Source: Acidobacteriota bacterium (GTDB lineage: Bacteria; Acidobacteriota; UBA890; WLXD01). From it: DNA of 64,000 nt. This document shows positions 1 through 10,604 of the stretch, piece after piece. The notes under the pieces are model-generated. The model was not told the origin of the DNA, made no database searches, and saw only the letters and a list, made by a program, of their open reading frames with translations. Each line of letters begins with the position of its first letter. Positions within the stretch are counted from its first letter, which is position 1. The position numbers and the translations under genes were made by a program. The stretch covers positions 1,312,001 to 1,376,000 of the forward strand of contig CBDBHB010000009.1 in assembly GCA_965205505.1 (NCBI GenBank). Reading direction: 5' to 3'.

Positions 1-685
1 ACCGGATCACGTGCGGGTTCTGGCTGGTGGTATAGAGCGTCCGCTCGTCCTTGTCGGGGTCGTAAACACCGCTCGCCGCTCGCGGCTCGATGGCATTGGC
101 CACCAAGCGGTTGTTGACGACGTCGATGCTGACGATATGCTCGGCGCTCTCGAACGCCGCGTCGGTCGCCGCCGCGTCGCCCAGTTCCCAGTCGAAGCAA
201 ATGTTGTCGGGTGCATCGTCCCACACTGCCGCGGCACCGTCGGCAATCGCCTGGTTGAGGTGGGCAGCCGCCGGCAATGGCTCGTAATCGACCTCAACCA
301 GCGCTGCCGCAGCTTTCGCCTGCGCCTTGGTCTCGGCGATCACCATCGCCACCGGATCGCCGACGTGACGCACGCGGTCGGTGGCCAGCACCGGGTGCGG
401 TGGCTCGACCATCGGCGAACCGTCCTTGCTGTGGATCTGCCAACCGCACGGTAGGCCGCCGACGCCCTCCAGGTCGGCGCCGGTAATGATCGCCACCACG
501 CCTGCCGCGCTGGCGGTAGCGCTCGTGTCGATACCGCCGATCGCGGCGTGTGCGTGCGGCGATCGGACGATCACGGCGTGGGTCTGATCCGGAAGATTGA
601 TGTCGTCGGTGTAGCGTCCGCGTCCCGTCAGGAAGCGGGCGTCTTCCTTGCGGCGTACCGCTGCGCCTATGCCTTGCTCAACCAT
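1..685 (-). CDS. Xanthine dehydrogenase/CoxL-family molybdopterin-binding large subunit (5' part; runs off window start)
   Basis: Manual translation from ATG at 685: [32 protein letters not shown]..., the typical CoxL/XdhA N-terminus. Lies 5 bp downstream of the 2Fe-2S subunit. Absent from the ORF track because it is truncated. Confidence 0.9.
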   Translation of the reverse strand, partial: MVEQGIGAAVRRKEDARFLTGRGRYTDDINLPDQTHAVIVRSPHAHAAIGGIDTSATASAAGVVAIITGADLEGVGGLPCGWQIHSKDGSPMVEPPHPVLATDRVRHVGDPVAMVIAETKAQAKAAAALVEVDYEPLPAAAHLNQAIADGAAAVWDDAPDNICFDWELGDAAATDAAFESAEHIVSIDVVNNRLVANAIEPRAASGVYDPDKDERTLYTTSQNPHVIR

Positions 686-690
686 CGCGC

Positions 691-1158
691 TCACTCCCGC
701 GCCGCCGTCGCGGCGGCCTGAATCGCCTCGACGATGTTGTGGTAGCCGGTGCAGCGGCAAAGGTTGCCCTCGAGCCACTCGCGCACATCGGCCTCGTCAG
801 GGTCGGGATTACGGCCCACCAGATCGACAGCGCTCATCACCATGCCCGGTGTGCAGAACCCGCACTGCAGCCCGTGGTGCTCGCGGAAGGCCGCCTGCAT
901 CGGGTGCAGCTCGCCGTTCGTTTCGAGACCCTCGATGGTGGTGACCTCCTGGCCGTTTGCCTCGAGCGCCAGGCACGTACAGCTCTTGATCGACTGGCCG
1001 TCGAGCAGCACGCAGCAGGCGCCACACTGGCTGGTATCGCACCCCACATGGGTTCCGGTGAGACCGAGCGATTCGCGGATGAACTCCACCAGTAACGTCG
1101 GCGCCGCGACTTCGCCGCTCACCGACCTACCGTTAACTGTCATCGAAACGGTGGGCAT
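691..1158 (-). CDS. (2Fe-2S)-binding small subunit, CoxS/XdhC-like
   Basis: [18 protein letters not shown] and NLCRCTGY motifs. GGAGG just upstream of ATG 1158/1161. Confidence 0.92.
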   Translation of the reverse strand: MPTVSMTVNGRSVSGEVAAPTLLVEFIRESLGLTGTHVGCDTSQCGACCVLLDGQSIKSCTCLALEANGQEVTTIEGLETNGELHPMQAAFREHHGLQCGFCTPGMVMSAVDLVGRNPDPDEADVREWLEGNLCRCTGYHNIVEAIQAAATAARE

Positions 1159-1346
1159 CATGCCTCCGGCATCTCTGTCATCGTGTCGCGGCCGAACCGC
1201 CGCACCTGGCTCGCTTGAGGAACGGCAAGTCTGCGCGGCGCCCCACGGAATCGTCAAGGGGCTCCCGTGCCCGGTCTGTTTACCACAAGAGGCGGCCGGT
1301 GGTGGCGGGGCTGCGGTTGCGCGGTCGCGATGGTTGCTACGGCGAC

Positions 1347-3260
1347 TCAGCAGGATACGCAGTTATCGTTGTTCTTGGAGCCCAAGCGCTCCAGCAGCGC
1401 CACCGTCTCGGAAAACGCCTGGGTACGTTGCTGAGGGCCGTTGGCCATGTCCGCGGTAGTCTGCCCGGCCCGGTTGACGACCGTGACATCGGCTCCGCGC
1501 TCCACCAAGAAGAGGATCATCTCGTTGTCCCCTCGGGCTGCAGCGTTGTGCAAAGGCGAAAAGCCCTCGTGATCGCGAGCGTTCACATCGGCGCCGAGCT
1601 CGCCGACCAGATACCGCATCGCCGGCATCCAACCGTCGGGCACATGACGGTGCGAGTTGCCGGCGAAGCCGGTGCCGTAGCCGTGCCCCGAGGTTGCATG
1701 GATCGGCCAGACCGCGGGTCCGCCAACCGCGACCAGCGCTAGTCCGGAGGGGTCCTCGGTCGGCTCTTCTTCCTCGTCGGGCGCGTTGAACCGCCGCTTC
1801 GGCGCCTTGCGCGTCGGAGTGTCCGGCTCGGCGCCATATTCCACTAGCAGCCGCATCACCTCGACATCGAGAGCGTGAGCGGCGCGCCAGAACGGCGTCG
1901 CGCCACGGGTGTCGATCTCCAGGTGGGTGAACGTGTACTCCATGTACCAGAGGTGCTTGGTGAGCCTGACGTTGGGGTCGGCGCCGGCGGCCAGCAGCAC
2001 GCTCATGAGCTCGAGGTAGGTGGTTTGCTGCTGTAGATACGCCTGCTGCTGCGGGTAGCGTGCCTTGGGAGCCCACTGCGCGTTGATCGCAGTGAACAGC
2101 GGCGTTGCGCCGGCGTCGCTGGCGATGTTCGGGTCCGCGCCAAGCTCCAGGAGCGTCATCGCCAGATCGAAGTGCCCGTTGATCGTCGCCATCAGCAACG
2201 GCGTCGTGTGGTCGCCGGCGCTCGGCTGGTCGATGTCGGCGCCGGCGTCGATCAACGCCAGCGCGGTGTCGGCATGACCTTCTCGAACAGAGTGCAACAG
2301 GGCCGTCAGTCCGCCGTGGGCCCCGACCAGGTTCGGGTACGAAGCGTTGTAGGCGTCCGCCGATGCCGGCTCATCCGGGTCGGCCGGTTGGGCCGCCGTT
2401 GCCGCGAGCGTTTCCGAGCCTTGATCGGGTACGGTGCCTTGCGCGGGTGGAGCGCCGAGTGTTCCCAGATCCTGGTCGATCGGGAACTCGAAATCGTCGA
2501 GCTTGTCGGGGATGTTCGCGCCGGCTCCAGCGGGTGGGTCGTTGGCGGCGCGCACCGCTGCCTGCACCTGAGCCGGCATCGGCTGCCAGGAGGTACCTTC
2601 GGGCTCGTCGCCGCGGAACGACGCCAGGACCTGCTCCCGCACCTTGCCGCCGACCCTCCGCTCGGCCGCCAACGCGGGCAGGTCGGCGACCTGCGTGGTG
2701 ATGGTCATGTCGGCGCCGGCGGCAATCAGCTTCTTCGTCACGTCGAGCCGGCCGCGGGAGGTGGCGAACATGAGCGGTGTCTGCCCCCAGCGCTCCTCGA
2801 GAGCGTCGATTCGAGCGCCGTGTCCGAGCAAGGCGTCGACCGCCGCCACGCTGCCAGAGCTGGCCGCCAAGTGAAGCGGCGTGGCTCCTCCGCTCGTCGT
2901 CTTCGCCTGCGGGCTCGCGCCGGCACCGAGCAGCACCTCGACGACTCGAGCGCGGCCACCTCCGGCCGCCATAAGCAGCGGGGTATACCCACCGAGTCGG
3001 GTTGCCGCGGCGAGATTGGCGCCGGCGTAGATGAGGATTCGAGCTAGCTCCTCGTTGCCGCTCCTCGCCGCCCAGTGCAAGGCCGTCATGCCGTCGCCCT
3101 GTGCTGCATTGACGTCGACACCCCGTTTCAGCAGCATCCGCACCAGGTCAATGTCGCCACCCATGGCGGCGTCGGCGACGGGTGCGTCGAGTGACGCCAA
3201 TCCGAGCGTCAGCACGGTGCCCAGCAGTGCTGCCGCGGTCGTTAGTGACCGGGTCCTCAT
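1347..3260 (-). CDS. Exported ankyrin-repeat protein
   Basis: Signal-peptide-like N-terminus, many GxTPLH/TALH ankyrin repeats, C-terminal CVSC. Third gene of the DUF1592-DUF1552-ankyrin trio. Confidence 0.88.
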   Translation of the reverse strand: MRTRSLTTAAALLGTVLTLGLASLDAPVADAAMGGDIDLVRMLLKRGVDVNAAQGDGMTALHWAARSGNEELARILIYAGANLAAATRLGGYTPLLMAAGGGRARVVEVLLGAGASPQAKTTSGGATPLHLAASSGSVAAVDALLGHGARIDALEERWGQTPLMFATSRGRLDVTKKLIAAGADMTITTQVADLPALAAERRVGGKVREQVLASFRGDEPEGTSWQPMPAQVQAAVRAANDPPAGAGANIPDKLDDFEFPIDQDLGTLGAPPAQGTVPDQGSETLAATAAQPADPDEPASADAYNASYPNLVGAHGGLTALLHSVREGHADTALALIDAGADIDQPSAGDHTTPLLMATINGHFDLAMTLLELGADPNIASDAGATPLFTAINAQWAPKARYPQQQAYLQQQTTYLELMSVLLAAGADPNVRLTKHLWYMEYTFTHLEIDTRGATPFWRAAHALDVEVMRLLVEYGAEPDTPTRKAPKRRFNAPDEEEEPTEDPSGLALVAVGGPAVWPIHATSGHGYGTGFAGNSHRHVPDGWMPAMRYLVGELGADVNARDHEGFSPLHNAAARGDNEMILFLVERGADVTVVNRAGQTTADMANGPQQRTQAFSETVALLERLGSKNNDNCVSC

Positions 3261-3283
3261 TGCTCTCAACCTGTGGCTCCCGT

Positions 3284-4696
3284 TCAGCCTGTCGACGGGG
3301 TTGCGGCTTGCATCGACAAAGACAACTCGCCAGTGCTGTCGCCGAAGCTGTCGAGATCCTCATGCCCGAGCGTGCGCAAGAGGGTCAGCATGGCGTTCGC
3401 CATCGGTGTGCCGTCGGTGGCCTCTACGTGCAGGTTTCCGTCCAGCTTGCCGTTGGCGCCTCCGAGGACGATCAGCGGCGCGCGCCGGTGATTGTGAATG
3501 TTGCCGTCCGCCATCGGCGATCCGTAGACGATCATCGTCTTGTCGAGCAAGTTGGCGTCGCCTTCCTCGATGCTGGCCAGCTTTTGGAGGAAGTACGGCA
3601 ACATCCCCACGTGGTACTTGTTGATCCGATAGAAGTCGCGGATCGCCTCCTCTTTGCCACCATGGTGCGATGCGGGGTGGAAGGGCTTGTCGGTGCCGCT
3701 CTCCGGGAACACTCGGGCCGAGGAGTCGCGTCCCATCTTGAGCGAGAAGACGCGGGTGGTGTCGGAGGCGAAGGCCAGCGCCTGTAGATCGAACATCAGC
3801 TTGACGTGCTCTTCGAACGAGTCGGGCACGCCGGCCGGCGCCTCGGGAAGCTGCCGCTCGGCGCCGCTGGTGTTGCGCACCTCGGTGCGCTCGATACGAC
3901 GCTCGATCTCGCGGACGTTTTCCAGGTATCGGTCAAGCCGGTGGCGATCGTTCGGTCCCAGGTCGCGCCGCAGCTCGGCCACCCGATCCGAGACCCAGTC
4001 GAGGATGCTGCGACTGGCGCGTCGTCGTGAGGCGCGATCCTCGGGCGTGCCGCCGACGCCGAACAGCAGCTCGAACGCCACCCGCGGATCGCGGATCACC
4101 GGCAGCGGCTCGGTTGGCGACGCCCAGCTGATCGAGTCGGTGTAAACGCACGTGTAACCGTACGCACATCCACCCGATTGGTTGATGTTCTCGATGCATA
4201 GCTGCATCGACGGGATCGGCGTGTCCTGGCCGAACCGTTGAGCGTAGATTTGGTCCAAGGATGGGCCTACGAAAACGTCGGACCCCTCGGTTTGCTTGGG
4301 GTGCGATTGGGTGAGGAACACGGCGCTCGAGCGGAAGTGATCGCCGCCGATCTCGTGCGGCTGGAAGGCCTCGGCCATGCGCACGTCGGTGTTGCTGATG
4401 ATCGTCAGGTATTTGCGCCACGGGTCGAGGGATAGCAGCGCGCTGCGGCTGAGGTCGAAGTCGCGACCTACCGCCGCCGGCGACCAGAAGTTCTGCGTTG
4501 CGCCCCATTGGTTGCAGCCGGCAGCACCGTGCACCATCTCGATCGCCACCAGGCGCGTCTTCTCCGATTGGCGCGTCGCCGCTGCCGCCAGGCGGCCTGC
4601 CGGCACCATCGCGTCGAGGAACGGTAGCGCCAGCGACGCGCCCGCGCCGCGAAGGAATGTCCGGCGTCGAAGGTGTTTCCCGGTGATGAGCTTCAT
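3284..4696 (-). CDS. DUF1552 (HXXSHH) family protein with Tat-like leader
   Basis: LRRRTFLRGAG leader; HPASHH motif; SGGCAYGYTCVYTDSISW. Confidence 0.88.
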   Translation of the reverse strand: MKLITGKHLRRRTFLRGAGASLALPFLDAMVPAGRLAAAATRQSEKTRLVAIEMVHGAAGCNQWGATQNFWSPAAVGRDFDLSRSALLSLDPWRKYLTIISNTDVRMAEAFQPHEIGGDHFRSSAVFLTQSHPKQTEGSDVFVGPSLDQIYAQRFGQDTPIPSMQLCIENINQSGGCAYGYTCVYTDSISWASPTEPLPVIRDPRVAFELLFGVGGTPEDRASRRRASRSILDWVSDRVAELRRDLGPNDRHRLDRYLENVREIERRIERTEVRNTSGAERQLPEAPAGVPDSFEEHVKLMFDLQALAFASDTTRVFSLKMGRDSSARVFPESGTDKPFHPASHHGGKEEAIRDFYRINKYHVGMLPYFLQKLASIEEGDANLLDKTMIVYGSPMADGNIHNHRRAPLIVLGGANGKLDGNLHVEATDGTPMANAMLTLLRTLGHEDLDSFGDSTGELSLSMQAATPSTG

Positions 4697-4738
4697 CTTC
4701 CAGTCCTCGGGTGCCGGAGTGCCTGGTGGCGTCAGTTC

Positions 4739-7198
4739 CTATTCGTCGGACAAGGCGTCGTCGGCGACGGCGCCGGCGCGCTGCATCTGGAAGGCGTCGC
4801 TGTTGACCACGCCCAAGATGAACGCCGAAATGCGGAAGCCTTCAGCCTCTGCTTGTCGAGCGATCCGCCGCACTGTTGGCTGATCGTAATACTCGACACG
4901 CCTTCCGAGGGCGTAGGCCATCAAATTTGCGGTGAAATTCCGCACCAACAGCACCGGTCGCCTCAGCAGCGCCGCCTGCAGCGAGGCCGGGCTGTCAACC
5001 GGCGTGCCGTCGTACATCTCGCCGCGAGTGTCGAGCGGCTCGCCATGCTCACGGATCCGCCAGCGGCCGGTCACGTCGTAGTTGTCAAGCGCTAGCCCGA
5101 TCGGGTCGATAAATCGGTGGCAGGAGCTACACGACGGGTTCGAGCGATGCTCCTCCATGCGCTCGCGAGTGGTCAGCGTGCGCCCGTTCACCACGCTTTC
5201 GGTCTCGTCGAGGTCGGGGATGCCGGGCGGCGGCGGCGGCGGCGGTGTGCCCAGCAACACCTCCATCACCCACTTCCCGCGCAGTACCGGTGAGGTTCGG
5301 CCAGCGTGTGATGTAAGCGTCAGAATGCTGCCGTGGCCGAGCAGGCCGCGCCGGGTGTCGTCGGGATAGGGAACCTGGCGGAAGTGTTCGCCGCTGACCC
5401 CGTCGATGCCGTAGTGCCGGGCGAGGCGCTCGTTCAGGTACGAGTAGTCCGCCTGGTACATGTCGAGAATACTACGGTCGTTCTGTACCAGGCCCGTGAA
5501 GAACAGCTCGGTCTCGCGGCGCATGGCATCGGCGAGCTGCTGATGGAAGTCGGGGTACAGCAACCGGTCCGGATGCACCTTGTCGAGGTCGTCGAGGCGC
5601 AACCATTGCGCCGCGAACCGCGTTCCGAGCGCTTCGGCGCGCGGGTCGGCCAGCAGCCTGTTTACCTGCGCCTCGAGCTCGGCCGTTTTCGAAAGCTCAT
5701 CGTTGGCAGCCAGGTTCAGCAGCTCCTCATCCGGCGGCAGCCCCCAGAGGAAGAACGACAGCCTGGTGGCCAGGTCCTCGTCGCGGAGGCGGTACACGGA
5801 GCCCGGCTCGATGCTCGGCGGCGCCTCCTCGAAGCGGAAGATGAAATCGGGGCTGGCGAGGATGGCCTCGAGGGCGGTGCGTACTCCCTGCTCGAATCCG
5901 CCCCGCTCGGCGCCCGCTTCATAAAACCGCATCAAGGCGTCGAGATCGTCAGGCGTCAGCGACCGTCGGAACGCCCTGGTGCCGAGCTTCGAGACGATCT
6001 CACCGGCGCACGGGCGTTCTTCGTCGCGCATTGTCGGTCGGCAGCTGAATAGCCTTTTCCGGATCGAGTTATCCGATACCCCCGTCACCCTGAAGGGTCC
6101 GGCAACCACCAGATCCTTCAGATGCGCTACCGAGGTGACGCCATAGCCGCTGACCCCGATCTGCCGATCGGTCAGCGACCACTCGTGCGGTGACAGTAGG
6201 TCCTCCATCGGACCTTCGCTCTGCATGATGAACGCCGCGGTCACTCGCCGGGGCCCGCCGCGGACGAAGATCGGCTCGGTGCGCATGTTGACGCCGTTGG
6301 GATCTGCCACGCTCATCCAACGGTCGACATCGAGCAACGCGACGCGCGCCCCGTCGATCGATACCTCGATCTGCTCACCCTTGGTGACGCCGCCGAAGTA
6401 ACCCCCTGTGGTGGTGTGCTCGAAGGCCATGCGGAACTCGTAGTCGCCGTCCGCAGGGAAGATATGGGTCACGCTGATGCCGCCGCGGGTGCCGAATGGT
6501 GCGCCCTCGACGCGGTCCCACTGCGACACGTAGCCGGGGTTTGTGTACGTCGACGAGGTTGCTGTGGTGTTCGGATCGCCCACCGCCAGCCGGCTGATCT
6601 CGGCGGCGGCGCTCAGGTAGGAGTTGAGCAGGGTAGGCGACAGCAACTGCACATCGGCGATGTTGTCGAAGTTGGCGCTCTTGGTATCGAGCGGCAGGTA
6701 GTCGGCTGCGTCGATCTCCAGCCCCAACAGGTCGCGAACGGATAGCGAATACTCCGCCTGGTTCAGACGCTGGAACGAGCGGCTGCCGGGGTTCGGGTCA
6801 GCGGCGCCGGCCGCGTCCAGATGTGACTCCAACGACTCCACCAGCGCGAGGAGCGACTCGCTCGGGGGGCGCCGTGCGTTCGGCGGCGGCATCATCCCGG
6901 CGCGTAGCTTGACGATCATCTTCTCGGCGAGCTCGGCGCTGACGTGCGGCGACGCCGCGTCGAAACGCTCCAGCGACATGTCGCCGCGCCGCAGCTCGTC
7001 GTTGTGGCAGCGCACACAGTACTGCTGGATCAACGCGTTGTCCGAGGCCGCGGCCCGCGTTTCGGGAGAACCGATGACCGGCAGCGCGGCCACCGCCACA
7101 CGCCGAGCTTCGACCGGCGTCTGCCGAATACCAATTGCATCGCCGGCATAGCCCAGGAACAAGCCCATTGCCGCCAACGCCCCGGTTAGCTTCTTCAT
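4739..7198 (-). CDS. DUF1592/PSD-domain cytochrome c protein
   Basis: Two CxxCH motifs (CVRCH, CSSCH); TSPVLRGKWV, PPPPPP and LASPDFIFR motifs; signal peptide from MKKLTGA. Confidence 0.88.
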   Translation of the reverse strand: MKKLTGALAAMGLFLGYAGDAIGIRQTPVEARRVAVAALPVIGSPETRAAASDNALIQQYCVRCHNDELRRGDMSLERFDAASPHVSAELAEKMIVKLRAGMMPPPNARRPPSESLLALVESLESHLDAAGAADPNPGSRSFQRLNQAEYSLSVRDLLGLEIDAADYLPLDTKSANFDNIADVQLLSPTLLNSYLSAAAEISRLAVGDPNTTATSSTYTNPGYVSQWDRVEGAPFGTRGGISVTHIFPADGDYEFRMAFEHTTTGGYFGGVTKGEQIEVSIDGARVALLDVDRWMSVADPNGVNMRTEPIFVRGGPRRVTAAFIMQSEGPMEDLLSPHEWSLTDRQIGVSGYGVTSVAHLKDLVVAGPFRVTGVSDNSIRKRLFSCRPTMRDEERPCAGEIVSKLGTRAFRRSLTPDDLDALMRFYEAGAERGGFEQGVRTALEAILASPDFIFRFEEAPPSIEPGSVYRLRDEDLATRLSFFLWGLPPDEELLNLAANDELSKTAELEAQVNRLLADPRAEALGTRFAAQWLRLDDLDKVHPDRLLYPDFHQQLADAMRRETELFFTGLVQNDRSILDMYQADYSYLNERLARHYGIDGVSGEHFRQVPYPDDTRRGLLGHGSILTLTSHAGRTSPVLRGKWVMEVLLGTPPPPPPPGIPDLDETESVVNGRTLTTRERMEEHRSNPSCSSCHRFIDPIGLALDNYDVTGRWRIREHGEPLDTRGEMYDGTPVDSPASLQAALLRRPVLLVRNFTANLMAYALGRRVEYYDQPTVRRIARQAEAEGFRISAFILGVVNSDAFQMQRAGAVADDALSDE

Positions 7199-7370
7199 TT
7201 GGCTCCGCTCCCGCCCCGCGAGCACCAAGTGCTGAACCGTTGTCGTTGCCGCGGCGCTCGGTCGATCGTCGAGCCCACTATTCCACAATCCTACGGCAGA
7301 TGCGCCTGATAGGCTCGGGTGCGATCAGAGACTCCTGACAGAGTTCTTCAGAACCCTGCTGAGAGAGGCC

Positions 7371-9779
7371 GTGCGCGATCTGAGGGAAGCCTTCCGCTCA
7401 CTGGTGTCGACGCCCATGCCGACGCTGGTGATTGTCGTCACGCTTGCCGTGGCCATCGGTGCGAATACCGCAATCTTCAGTGTCGTCAGCGGGGTGTTGC
7501 TGCGGCCCTTGGGCTATGCCGACGAAGATCGACTCGTCGTGGTGTGGGAAGAAAACCAGCAACAGGGGGTCGAGAAGTCGCAGGCCTCCATCGGCGACTA
7601 CCGCGACTGGAGGCGCCAGTCCGAGTCGTTCGACGGCCAGCTGGCTCTGTACCGGCAGCGCGGCTTCACCATGACCGGCCGCGACAGTCCGGCGCGGATT
7701 GGCAGCCTGCAGGTGTCGCCGCGGCTGTTCGACGTGTTGGGGGTGCCGCCGCTCATGGGGCGGACCTTGCTCGATACCGACGAGGTGCCGGGCAACGAGC
7801 ACCTGGCCGTGATCACGCATGCTTCGTGGAATAGCCGGTTCGGCGCGGCCATCGACATCGTTGGCACGCAGGTCGAGCTCGACAGCGAGTCGTACACCGT
7901 TGTCGGGGTGATGCCGCCAGGTTTCTCGTTTCCGCCCGGCGACGGTGGTGTGGAGATCTATTCGCCGCTCACCATCGGCGAGTCGAATCCCATGGACAGG
8001 CCGCATCGGATGTACGACGCCGTGGGCCGCCTGGCGCCCGACGTGACGCTCGGGAAAGCACAGCAGGAGCTCGACGCCGTCGCCGCGCGGATCGCGGCAG
8101 ACTTTCCGCGCTCGAACGAGGGTTGGGGAGTCTCGCTCGTACCGATCCGCGACGAGCTCATCGGCGATATCGGGGCGACGTTGTGGGTACTGCTCGCGGC
8201 GGTGTTCGCGGTATTGCTCATTGCCTGCGCCAACGTCGCGAACCTGCTGATCGCCCGGTCGACCGAGGTGTCGCTGGATTTCATGATCCGCGCAGCGCTG
8301 GGTGCCGGCCGCTGGGCGTTGATCAGGCGGTCGTTCGCCGATGCTGCGTTGCTGGCCGTGGCCGGTGGTGGTGCGGGCCTGCTGCTGGCGACGTGGGGCG
8401 TGGAAATGCTGAGCTCGGTGATCCCGCCTTCGATACCACGTGGCGACGCGATCGGTATCGACGCACCGGTCCTCGGCTTCGTGGTGGCGGCGTCGATGTT
8501 CGCAAGCGTCGCCTTCGGGCTGGTCCCGGCGCTGCGCGTGATGACGCCAAACCTTTCGGATGCGCTCAAGGGCGGCGGCGCCAGCGTGATGGCGGCTCGG
8601 TCGCGATGGCTCTCGGGCGCGATGGTGGTGGCGGAGGTGTCGCTGGCGATGGCGCTTCTGATCGGTGCGGGCTTGATGGTTCGAAGCTTCAATCGGCTCG
8701 GCGAGACCGATCCGGGATTCCGACGCGACGGTGTTGTCGCGTTCACCGTCCAGCTGCCGCCATCGCGCTACGACGCTTCCATGGATCGTCGAGCCTTCTT
8801 CGTTGAGCTGACGGACCGCGTCAGGGAGCTACCCGGCGTGATCGAGGTTGGGGCGGTGTCCGATCTGCCGATGAACGAGGTCGGAACCGCCTTCGAGATG
8901 CCGTTCACGATTCTCGGCCTCGACGTGGCGTCGCCTACCGAGCGACCGCGCGCCGATTTCCGTGGGGTGATTCCCGACTATGTCTCGGCGATGGGCATTC
9001 CGCTGGTCAGCGGGCGCCTGTTCGACCGCCTGGATGGCGAGGAAGGCCGTGAGGTAACGATGATCAACGATGCCCTCCTGGAGCGCTATTTTCCAGAGGG
9101 CGACGCCATCGGCAAGACTCTGCAAATGCCGATGGCGGGTGAGCTGGAGATCGTCGGCGTGGTTGGCAGCACCCGGCACGGTGGCTTGCAATCGGAGACC
9201 GGTCCGGAGCTCTACGTTCCATACGGCCAGCTTCCGGTCAGCGACATGCACCTGGCAGTACGGTCGGATCTCGAAACCGTCGTGTTGTCCCGCGCAGTGG
9301 GCGACGCCATCCTCGCCATCGACCCCGAGCTGGTTCCCACCGAAATCGCGCGGATTGACGATCTGCTATGGGAGTCGGTGGCTCAGCCGCGCTTCAACAC
9401 CGCGCTGCTGGTCGGCCTTGCCCTCTGCGCCGCCGTGCTTGCGGCGGTGGGCATTTACGGGGTGGTCAACTACACCGTGGCGCAGCGCACCGGCGAGATC
9501 GGCGTCCGCATGGCGATAGGTGCTGATGCGCGAGCCACGGCCTGGATGGTCATTCGACAGGCCATGGCCCTGGTAGTGGCGGGGTTGGTGCTCGGCGTTG
9601 GCGTGGCCTTGCTCATGTCACGGTTTCTCGCGGGAATGCTCTTCGGGGTAGCGCCGACCGACGTGGGCACCTACGTGTCGGTAACGCTGTTGATCATCGC
9701 CGTCGGCTTCGTGGCCTCGCTGGTGCCTGCTCGTCGTGCAACGCGCGTTGATCCCGTGGTGGCGCTGCGCAGCGACTGA
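7371..9779 (+). CDS. ADOP-type duplicated ABC permease (MacB/FtsX domains)
   Basis: IGANTAIFS, LLIACANVANLL, EIGVRMAIGA and RRATRVDPVVALR motifs; no ATPase gene adjacent. Confidence 0.9.
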   Translation: MRDLREAFRSLVSTPMPTLVIVVTLAVAIGANTAIFSVVSGVLLRPLGYADEDRLVVVWEENQQQGVEKSQASIGDYRDWRRQSESFDGQLALYRQRGFTMTGRDSPARIGSLQVSPRLFDVLGVPPLMGRTLLDTDEVPGNEHLAVITHASWNSRFGAAIDIVGTQVELDSESYTVVGVMPPGFSFPPGDGGVEIYSPLTIGESNPMDRPHRMYDAVGRLAPDVTLGKAQQELDAVAARIAADFPRSNEGWGVSLVPIRDELIGDIGATLWVLLAAVFAVLLIACANVANLLIARSTEVSLDFMIRAALGAGRWALIRRSFADAALLAVAGGGAGLLLATWGVEMLSSVIPPSIPRGDAIGIDAPVLGFVVAASMFASVAFGLVPALRVMTPNLSDALKGGGASVMAARSRWLSGAMVVAEVSLAMALLIGAGLMVRSFNRLGETDPGFRRDGVVAFTVQLPPSRYDASMDRRAFFVELTDRVRELPGVIEVGAVSDLPMNEVGTAFEMPFTILGLDVASPTERPRADFRGVIPDYVSAMGIPLVSGRLFDRLDGEEGREVTMINDALLERYFPEGDAIGKTLQMPMAGELEIVGVVGSTRHGGLQSETGPELYVPYGQLPVSDMHLAVRSDLETVVLSRAVGDAILAIDPELVPTEIARIDDLLWESVAQPRFNTALLVGLALCAAVLAAVGIYGVVNYTVAQRTGEIGVRMAIGADARATAWMVIRQAMALVVAGLVLGVGVALLMSRFLAGMLFGVAPTDVGTYVSVTLLIIAVGFVASLVPARRATRVDPVVALRSD

Positions 9780-9926
9780 ATGAAGGGGTGGTCGTCAGGG
9801 CAGAGGAGTTCGATGCGAGCGTTGCACCTCCTGGCGCGTGTTGGCCTCGCAAGAGAGAATGAGCACCGCTAGTGAAATGAGCCCCATTAGTGAGATAGCG
9901 CGTGGCCGGGGAACGCGGGAGCGATC

Positions 9927-10139
9927 GTGAGCGAGAAGGAAACCGTGAACAAGGAAGAAGTCGAGACCAAGGGTAAGACCGAGGGCATCAGCCGTCGCGA
10001 TTTCGCCAAGACATCGGTGACGGCCGGCGTCGCAGCGGTGGCGGCCCCGGGAACGTTGCGTGGCGAGGTTGCCAGCCGGATCATACCCGCCACTGGAAGG
10101 GCTCACCCGGCGGCGTGGTCGCACGGTCGCGCAGCGTGA
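9927..10139 (+). CDS. 70-aa ORF consisting mainly of a twin-arginine leader; probable truncated paralogue of the Rieske gene at 40322
   Basis: ISRRDFAKTSVTAGVAAVAAPGTLRGE versus VSRRAFAKTSVAAGAAAVALPKALRGD; GGAG upstream of GTG. Confidence 0.5.
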   Translation: MSEKETVNKEEVETKGKTEGISRRDFAKTSVTAGVAAVAAPGTLRGEVASRIIPATGRAHPAAWSHGRAA

Positions 10140-10151
10140 CAAGGCAGGCTG

Positions 10152-10604
10152 ATGCGGTTCACCATCACCGTCAACGGCACCCCCGAGACCGTCGATGCCG
10201 AGCCAGACGCGCCGCTGCTATGGGTGCTGCGTGATCACATCGGGCTCATGGGCACGAAGTTCGGCTGTGGCCTGGGCGTGTGTCGCGCCTGCACGGTGCA
10301 CATCGACGGCGAGCGCGCGCTGAGCTGCCAGACGGCGATCAGCGACGCCGCCGGAGGCGAGGTGACCACCATCGAGAGTCTCGCAGTGATGCGCCACGCG
10401 CTGCTGGATGCCTGGGTCGAGGAGCAGGTGCCCCAGTGCGGCTATTGCCAGCCGGGGATGATCATGAGTGCCGCCGATCTGCTGGCGCGAAACAAGCAGC
10501 CGAGCCGCGCGGAGATCGTCGCGCACATGCAGAACATCTGCCGATGCGGCACCTATCCACGCGTTATCCGTGCCATCCAGCGCGTCGCCGCGGAGTCGGC
10601 ATGA
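10152..10604 (+). CDS. (2Fe-2S) subunit, isoquinoline 1-oxidoreductase alpha-like
   Basis: GTKFGCGLGVCRACTV, QCGYCQPG, NICRCGTY; ATGA overlap with the next gene. Confidence 0.9.
   Translation: MRFTITVNGTPETVDAEPDAPLLWVLRDHIGLMGTKFGCGLGVCRACTVHIDGERALSCQTAISDAAGGEVTTIESLAVMRHALLDAWVEEQVPQCGYCQPGMIMSAADLLARNKQPSRAEIVAHMQNICRCGTYPRVIRAIQRVAAESA

Noticed and set aside
1-1158. Calling the pair aerobic CO dehydrogenase (coxSL)
   Set aside because: The diagnostic active-site loop (AYxCSFR versus AYxGAGR) lies outside the window; only the family can be assigned.
5226-5245. (GGC)n microsatellite
   Set aside because: It encodes the conserved poly-proline stretch of the DUF1592-type protein.
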